NCBI GenBank assembly: GCA_963721525.1
Contig: CAVRJL010000007.1
Coordinates: 1-48,902, forward strand
Length of the DNA stretch: 48,902 nucleotides
Reading direction: 5' to 3'
Source: an uncultured Negativicutes bacterium
GTDB lineage: Bacteria > Bacillota > Negativicutes > JBAXTZ01
Shown here: positions 44,383 through 48,902 of the stretch, piece by piece
Layout: each line of letters begins with the position of its first letter
Numbering within the stretch: position 1 is the stretch's first letter
Program-made: the position numbers and the translations under genes
The notes under the pieces: model-generated
The model's input: the letters and a program-made list of their open reading frames with translations, nothing else
Databases searched by the model: none
Told to the model about the DNA's origin: nothing

Positions 44383-45905
44383 TTATATACTAAAGTTTTT
44401 TTTAAATGCTTCTACCGATTTTTTCATTTCATCTAATGTTTCTTTATCTGGTTTTTTACCACTAGTCAGTGTTTCTAAAAGTTTTTTTCCATGTTTACTC
44501 AAATATTCATGGAATTCTTTCTCAAATCGTTGAACATTTTCTGAGGGAATATCATCTAAGTAACCATTTGTTACTGCCCAAATCCCCATAATTTCTAATG
44601 GTTCGGAAAGTGGTTGATATTGTGCTTGCTTAAGAATTTCTGTAGTTCTTTTCCCTCGTTCCAACTGAGATTTAGTTACAGAATCTAATTCACTACCAAA
44701 TTGTGCAAAAACTGCAAGTTCGCGGTATTGAGCCATTGCTAGTCGAAGCATGCCTGCTACTGATTTCATAGCACCTGTTTGAGCGGCACCCCCAACCCGT
44801 GATACTGAATTGCCTGAATTAATTGCGGGGCGTATCCCACTATTAAATAGATCTGCTTCTAAAAAGATTTGACCATCAGTAATTGAAATTACATTTGTCG
44901 GAATATATGCAGACAAATCTCCGGCTTGTGTTTCAATAATCGGCAAAGCAGTAATTGATCCACCACCTAATGTCTTATTTAGTTTTACTGCACGTTCAAG
45001 TAATCTGCTATGAAGATAGAAAATATCTCCTGGGTATGCTTCGCGTCCTGCAGGACGACGAAGAACAAGAGATAGTTGTCGATATGCCCATGCATGCTTA
45101 GTTAAATCGTCATAAATAATTAAAACATCTCTACCTTTTTCCATAAAATATTCAGCTATTGCACATCCTGCATACGGAGCAAGATATTGCAAAGTAGCTT
45201 GATCAGATGCACTTGAGGCCACTACAATAGAGTAGGAGAGTGCATCGTTTTCTTTAAGCGATTGTATAACTCGTGCAACTGTTGATTGTTTTTGACCGAT
45301 TGCGACATAGACACAAATAAGACGATCCTTTTCTGACCCAATACTCTTTTGATTAATGATTGTATCAATTGCAATTGCAGTTTTACCAAGTCCTCTATCC
45401 CCAATAATAAGTTCACGTTGTCCTCGACCAATTGGTACCATTGCGTCGATTGCCTTAATTCCTGTTTTCATGGCCACACTCACAGTTTCTTGTCCATAAC
45501 GCCAGCTGCAATTTTTTCAAGAGGCATTGTTTTACCTTTTTTAATTTCTACTTTTCCATCAAGAGGCAGTCCAATTGGATTAACTACACGACCTAAGATA
45601 CTATCATCAACATTAATACTTAAGATTCTACCTGTGCGTTTGGCTGTATCTCCTTCTCTTATTTTTTCTCCATTTCCCATGAGAATAACTGATGCATAAT
45701 CTTCATCTAAACCTAAGACAACGCCCAATGTTCCATCAGAAAATAAAACTTGTTCACCAACACCTACTTGAGAAAGTCCTGTAACAGTGACTACACCGTC
45801 TGTATTTTTAGCAACTGTTCCAACATTTTGTATTTGTGGGTCTGAGGAAAAGTCCATTAAATTTTTTTCTAATTGTTTTAAAATCTCACTATCATTAATA
45901 ATCAT
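44383..45905 (-). CDS. atpA: ATP synthase F1 alpha (frameshift near 45485)
   Basis: [36 protein letters not shown]. Confidence 0.97.
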
Positions 45906-45929
45906 AATTATATTATTAGATTAAATAAA

Positions 45930-46288
45930 TTAATCATTGAAATCATAAGAACGTTTTATGAGTTTGTATATTTTTGTTTCTAGACTTAAGTCGTATAAAA
46001 GATCATTATCAAAAATTTTCATTCCGGCAAGCATATCTTTATTAATAGTATAAACTAATTTTTTATTTGGAAACTTTATTTTTAACTGATTTTGCACAAT
46101 TTCATCGATTGCGACAGGTGAATGCACATAGACTGTATTTTGTTGTACGACTTGTTTAAGAGCTTGAATATACGAACGAGCGTCAGTTTTCTTCTTTAGT
46201 TTTGCAGTAATAATAAAACCCTTTTTTCGTCTAAGTTGTTTTTATCGAAACTGTCTTTTGCTAATTGTTTAATTATTTTTTTAGTCAT
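45930..46288 (-). CDS. atpH: ATP synthase delta subunit, short form (~120 aa; frameshift)
   Basis: Lies between atpF and atpA; C-terminal INKDMLAGMKI..ND..YDLSL resembles the delta C-domain; ATG at 46288. Confidence 0.7.
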
Positions 46289-46291
46289 AAA

Positions 46292-46795
46292 CTATGTTTT
46301 TTTGGACATACGATCAATAGTCTTATCAATAATTTCTTTCTGCTCATTTGCAGAGAGATATTCACTGAGCGACTCACGTAATATCTTTTCAATTAAAGAA
46401 CCAATCCTACTTTGGATTCTATCTTCAGCTATTCGGGCTTCACGCTCAATTTCTTCTTGCGCATCTTTCAAAGTGATTAAGGTTTGAATTTTTGCTTTTT
46501 CTTGTGATCTACTCAATGTTTCACGAGCTGTTGCTTTGGCTTCATCCAGAATAAGTTTAGCCTCATCTTTTGCTTTTTTTATAATTAACTTTCTTTCCTT
46601 TTCAGCGTTTTCACGTTCTTCTTTCGTATTTGGCGTCCTCTATACTTTTTTTAATAATTTCCTCACGCTTTTTAAGCATAGTAAAAACCGGTTTATAGAC
46701 AAATCTTTTAAATAAGTACAAAATGATCAAAAAATTGACTATTTGCGCAACTACTAAATACCAATTAATTCCAAATGTTTCAAAAAGGTTTGCAT
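46292..46795 (-). CDS. atpF: ATP synthase F0 subunit b (frameshifts)
   Basis: FGINWYLVVAQIVNFLIILYLLKRFVYKPVFTMLKKREE then coiled coil. Confidence 0.92.
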
Positions 46796-46876
46796 AGTTT
46801 ATGTTAAATCTGCGAATTTTTACGATTTAAATAGCATTTAGGCGAATTAAAATTCTTTTTAGAATTTCGAACTTCA

Positions 46877-47083
46877 TTACTTCAGGAAAGCGAAAACTAA
46901 ACCGTAGATAGCAATAGCCTCTGCAAACCCCATGGCAACAAACATGATCGGGATAATTCGTCCAGTTGCCTCAGGATTACTTCCGATTGCCTCAACGGCT
47001 TTTGCTCCAATAAGTCCAACACCAACTCCTGGACCCATACCTCCGACTGCTGCGATAATACCTCCAGTAATTGTAATCGTCAT
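46877..47083 (-). CDS. atpE: ATP synthase F0 subunit c (H+-type)
   Basis: GxGxGxG helix, NPE loop, FAEAIAIY essential Glu; lacks the Q and ES/T Na+ ligands. Confidence 0.95.
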   Translation of the reverse strand: MTITITGGIIAAVGGMGPGVGVGLIGAKAVEAIGSNPEATGRIIPIMFVAMGFAEAIAIYGLVFAFLK

Positions 47084-47093
47084 AATTGAGTAA

Positions 47094-47103
47094 TCACCTC
47101 CTC
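47094..47103 (-). promoter_or_regulatory. Strong Shine-Dalgarno GAGGAGGTGA for atpE
   Basis: 10 nt before ATG 47083. Confidence 0.85.
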
Positions 47104-47867
47104 AGTATGTTAACTGTATAAAAACAATTGAATACTAAATATTTATTTATGTTTTTCTGCTGGTCCGTGTGTGGCGTTGTCATAATTGCCATAAAAGCCA
47201 TTGTTAACATCGCAAACACAACAGCTTGAATTGTACCAACAAGTAGTTCATAGAACAACACTGGAATTGGAACGACAAAAGCAAGAAAACCTGTAATGGA
47301 AAATAAGTACACCTCCGACAAAAATATTTCCATATAAACGGAATGAAAAAGATATAATTTTAGTAAATTCAGAAACAAGCTCAAATAATCCTGTATAAAA
47401 TTAAGCAAATTGAGTGAAAAAAACCTGCTTAAATAATTTTAAATCCCAGATAATAATACTCATGGAATGAGTAGCAATTAAAGAAACTAATGCCAATGCA
47501 AATGTAGTATTTAAATCGGTGGACGTACTTCTGAAAAGCGGTATAAATTCTTTTCCACTTGTACTCCTAATGCCCGTAAAACAGGAACAAATTCACTCCA
47601 ATTAGCGATAAGTATAAAAATGAAAAAAGACATCACGAACGGAAAAATTTGTTTGTATGTGTTTCCGAAACTGTTTCAGTTAATTCATAAAAGCATTTAA
47701 TGGTCATTTCGACTATATTTTGAAAAATCCCAGGAATAAGTTTATATATTGAGAACAAAATAACAAAGTATAATGACCATGAGTCAACTAGAACTGTATT
47801 TGTCAATGTATTGGTAAAATGAAATGTCCAACCGAAAAAATTATTCTGGTGCAAGTGAGACTTTCAT
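47094..47867 (-). CDS. atpB: ATP synthase F0 subunit a (several frameshifts; 3' end approximate)
   Basis: MKVSLAPE, PGIFQNIVE, DLNTTFALAL, IISFSFRLYGNIF (essential Arg), ELLVGTIQAVVFAMLT. Confidence 0.92.
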
Positions 47868-47990
47868 ATATATACAAATGTAATTATAAGAATTGAGAAC
47901 TCAAAAGTTACCTTATGGATCTTTACTCGTTCAGGATGACAAGATTAGATAAAAAATATAATAGCATGTTAATTTTAATTTTTTTCTTTT

Positions 47991-48902
47991 CTAAGTCAAG
48001 TATTGTTTCAATTGAAAATATTTGTCAATAATCAAAGCAAGTTTATCATCACGGCTATTGAATTTACCTTCAACGACAACAACGTTATCAACAATAATAT
48101 TCTTACACATTTCATATATTTTAGGAAATACAACACACTCAATACCAATGCCTTTTTCGTTAAGCGTCAGAAAAGCCATCTCGGCATTAGTTTTTTTTGT
48201 GAATATTTTTTTTACATATTCGATAATTCCTCCTATTTTGACGATAGTTCCTTTCTCTTTCCTTCAAGTAATTCAATTTCGTGTGTTGCATGTGTAATAT
48301 AATCTTGTAAATTTCCCATTTGAGGGTGGGCGGTTAAGTAAAAACCAAGAAACTCTTTTTCAAAAGCAAGTTTTTCTATAGGCGTAAAATCTTCGATGTC
48401 ATCATTATTAGAGTTTTCTTTTGATTTAAAGCTGCATCTAAGATAGGTTTCATCAATCACGTCAAACAGAGAGCCCTGTCCTTCAGAAGTTTGTTTTTTT
48501 TCCTCAGTTGCCTTACAGACGATATCCGGCATGGAAACCAGTAGAGATGCCCGGTTACCAAATTTGTCAAAAGCCCCTGCTTTAATAAGGCTTTCTATAG
48601 TTTTTTTATTCACAGTACTTAAAGTGACACGAGTACAAAAATCTTGTAAGCTAATGAAGGCTCCGTCTTTCTTACAGATAAGATTGACTCTATCGCTGCA
48701 GTGCCAACATTTTTTACAGCCGATAAGCCAAATCGTACATTATTGTGATTTTCAATGGAAAAATCCTGCAGTGATGCATTAATGTCAGGAGGCAGTACTG
48801 GTACGTTGAGCCGTTTGCACTCAGCAATTGCCTGAGCGATTTTTTAGTTTTAGCCGGGTCTGGTAGTACCTCTGATCTGCAGTTAATAGCGCAGTCATAA
48901 AT
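47991..48902 (-). CDS. dnaE: DNA polymerase III alpha subunit, 3' part (frameshifts)
   Basis: FMTALL, VLPPDINAS, RFGLSAVKNVG, NKKTIESLIKAGAFD, EKEFLGFYLTAHP, MAFLTL...IECVVFP (OB fold). Confidence 0.95.

Noticed and set aside
46975-46986. Subunit c loop reads SNPE instead of conserved RNPE
   Set aside because: One base from an Arg codon in an error-prone consensus; cannot be trusted without reads.
46877-47083. Na+-translocating ATP synthase
   Set aside because: c subunit has V at the Gln position and EA rather than ES/ET.

Overview
AT-rich bacterial chromosomal segment. Gene content and protein style suggest Patescibacteria/CPR, probably Microgenomates (inference). The consensus is error-prone: essential genes (ileS, rodA, rplU, rpmA, lepB, atpA, atpD, dnaE) carry frameshifts, so most split ORFs are single genes, and 16.3-23.7 kb is especially degraded. 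Left to right: a PTPS-related GT-C-like membrane protein; a Pro/Thr-linker surface protein; tdh-kbl; dedA, small membrane proteins, a GT-C-like protein and uppP; ileS-rodA-rplU-rpmA-parB; lepB; tRNA-Val(CAC); a ~27 kb surface-glycan locus (sugar enzymes, methyltransferases, GT2/GT4, Wzx and a dense array of GT-C-fold polytopic enzymes); an Ig-like protein; tRNA-Thr(CGT); the atpBEFHAGDC operon; the 3' part of dnaE. Main observations: (1) about a dozen genes have a sigma70 -10 box 6-9 nt before the start codon and no SD, suggesting predominantly leaderless translation, while atpE has a perfect SD; (2) IleRS has a GVHH version of the HIGH motif and a PFHKS version of KMSKS; (3) about ten divergent GT-C enzymes, a GT2::GT-C fusion and carrier-recycling genes suggest an elaborate polyprenyl-phosphate-dependent extracytoplasmic glycosylation system; (4) two small ORFs missed by the ORF track. 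No CRISPR array, integrase, transposase, reverse transcriptase or rRNA was seen.
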